A stretch of DNA of 28,427 bases from Erysipelotrichaceae bacterium MTC7 (GTDB lineage: Bacteria > Bacillota_I > Bacilli_A > Erysipelotrichales > Erysipelotrichaceae): assembly GCA_001695645.1 (NCBI GenBank), contig LVZN01000021.1, forward strand, positions 1-28,427, given 5' to 3'. The notes under the pieces were generated by a model. That model searched no databases. It was not told where the DNA came from and saw only the letters and a program-made list of their open reading frames with translations. The position numbers were made by a program, and so were the translations under genes. Of this stretch, positions 28,160 through 28,427 are shown piece after piece (position 1 is the first letter of the stretch; the number at the start of each line of letters is the position of its first letter).

Positions 28160-28280
28160 AGAAAAGGAATAAAACCCCTTAAATACACTACGATTTACTA
28201 CAAGTCAGTTTTGAATTAAGGAAGTTGAATAATAAACTTTATACCTAAAGGAAGTGTCGATGACATTTCCTTTTTTTATT
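28160..28280 (+). ncRNA. Candidate ~120-nt small RNA (orphan promoter-to-terminator unit)
   Basis: Bounded by the promoter above and the terminator at 28247-28280. It contains only a 6-codon ORF. I recognise no family. Confidence 0.25.
28247..28280 (+). terminator. Intrinsic terminator
   Basis: AAAGGAAGTGT-cgatg-ACATTTCCTTT (11 bp including one G-U) followed by TTTTATT. Confidence 0.6.
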
Positions 28281-28310
28281 CTTTAGGAAAGTTCTCTTCG
28301 GCATGCAAAA

Positions 28311-28350
28311 CACGAAATAATAAAAATAGGCGAGTTAAAAAAGCCTATTT
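28311..28350 (-). terminator. Possible minus-strand terminator for a gene entering from the right edge
   Basis: On the minus strand, AAATAGGC-(11-nt loop)-GCCTATTT is followed by TTATTATTT. A minus-strand frame reading ...NPNFEERVNKYINFH* stops at 28379-28381. Confidence 0.35.
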
Positions 28351-28427
28351 GGGAGTGTCAAGAAAAGTGTGTAAGTAATTAATGGAAGTTAATGTACTTG
28401 TTAACACGTTCCTCAAAATTGGGATTG

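Noticed and set aside
28152-28172. 6-codon ORF (MRIEKE) in the candidate sRNA as a leader peptide
   Set aside because: It has no SD, no downstream structural gene, and no regulatory codon pattern.
1-28427. CRISPR arrays, rRNA, tRNA, IS transposases and long tandem repeats
   Set aside because: Scanning by eye found no regularly spaced repeats, no rRNA- or tRNA-like conserved blocks, and no transposase ORFs. The only significant repeats are the att copies and the operators.
28379-28427. Partial minus-strand CDS at the right edge (…NPNFEERVNKYINFH*)
   Set aside because: Only 16 codons are visible. It is plausible given the downstream minus-strand hairpin but too short to annotate as a gene.

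Overview
Low-GC Gram-positive (Bacillota-type) chromosome; I cannot name the taxon. Positions 1-19.4 kb are conserved housekeeping genes. They comprise a Leu T-box leader driving leuS fused to a leuA-leuC-leuD-leuB operon, a small membrane protein, a divergent metallophosphoesterase / VanY-like pair, polA-mutM-coaE-dnaB(Firmicute type)-dnaI, and pfkA-pyk. Directly after the pyk terminator lies an ~8.7-kb insertion (19412-28119) bounded by a perfect 17-bp direct repeat (TACCATTTTGATACCAT). It carries an XRE repressor, a three-operator divergent promoter region, an Xis-like gene, a tyrosine integrase, a hairpin-rich candidate oriT, and mobC plus a relaxase. It has no coupling protein or T4SS, so I call it an integrative mobilizable element (IME). 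Its cargo is visibly more A+T-rich and is the most unusual part of the window. It is a minus-strand operon encoding a small Sec-signal Ser/Thr-rich protein followed by two translationally coupled proteins, each an ABC ATPase fused to an FtsX/MacB-type 4-TM permease with a large ectodomain. I cannot assign this module to a named system. A Sec-dependent bacteriocin plus immunity/export pair (lactococcin-972-like gene logic) is my best hypothesis, and it is unverified. Other observations: the VanY-like protein has lost every catalytic or zinc-binding residue. The divergent 9.6-kb promoter pair suggests leaderless mRNAs. An att-core 11-mer recurs inside the candidate oriT. An orphan promoter-terminator unit (candidate sRNA) abuts attR. 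I saw no rRNA, tRNA, CRISPR array or transposase.
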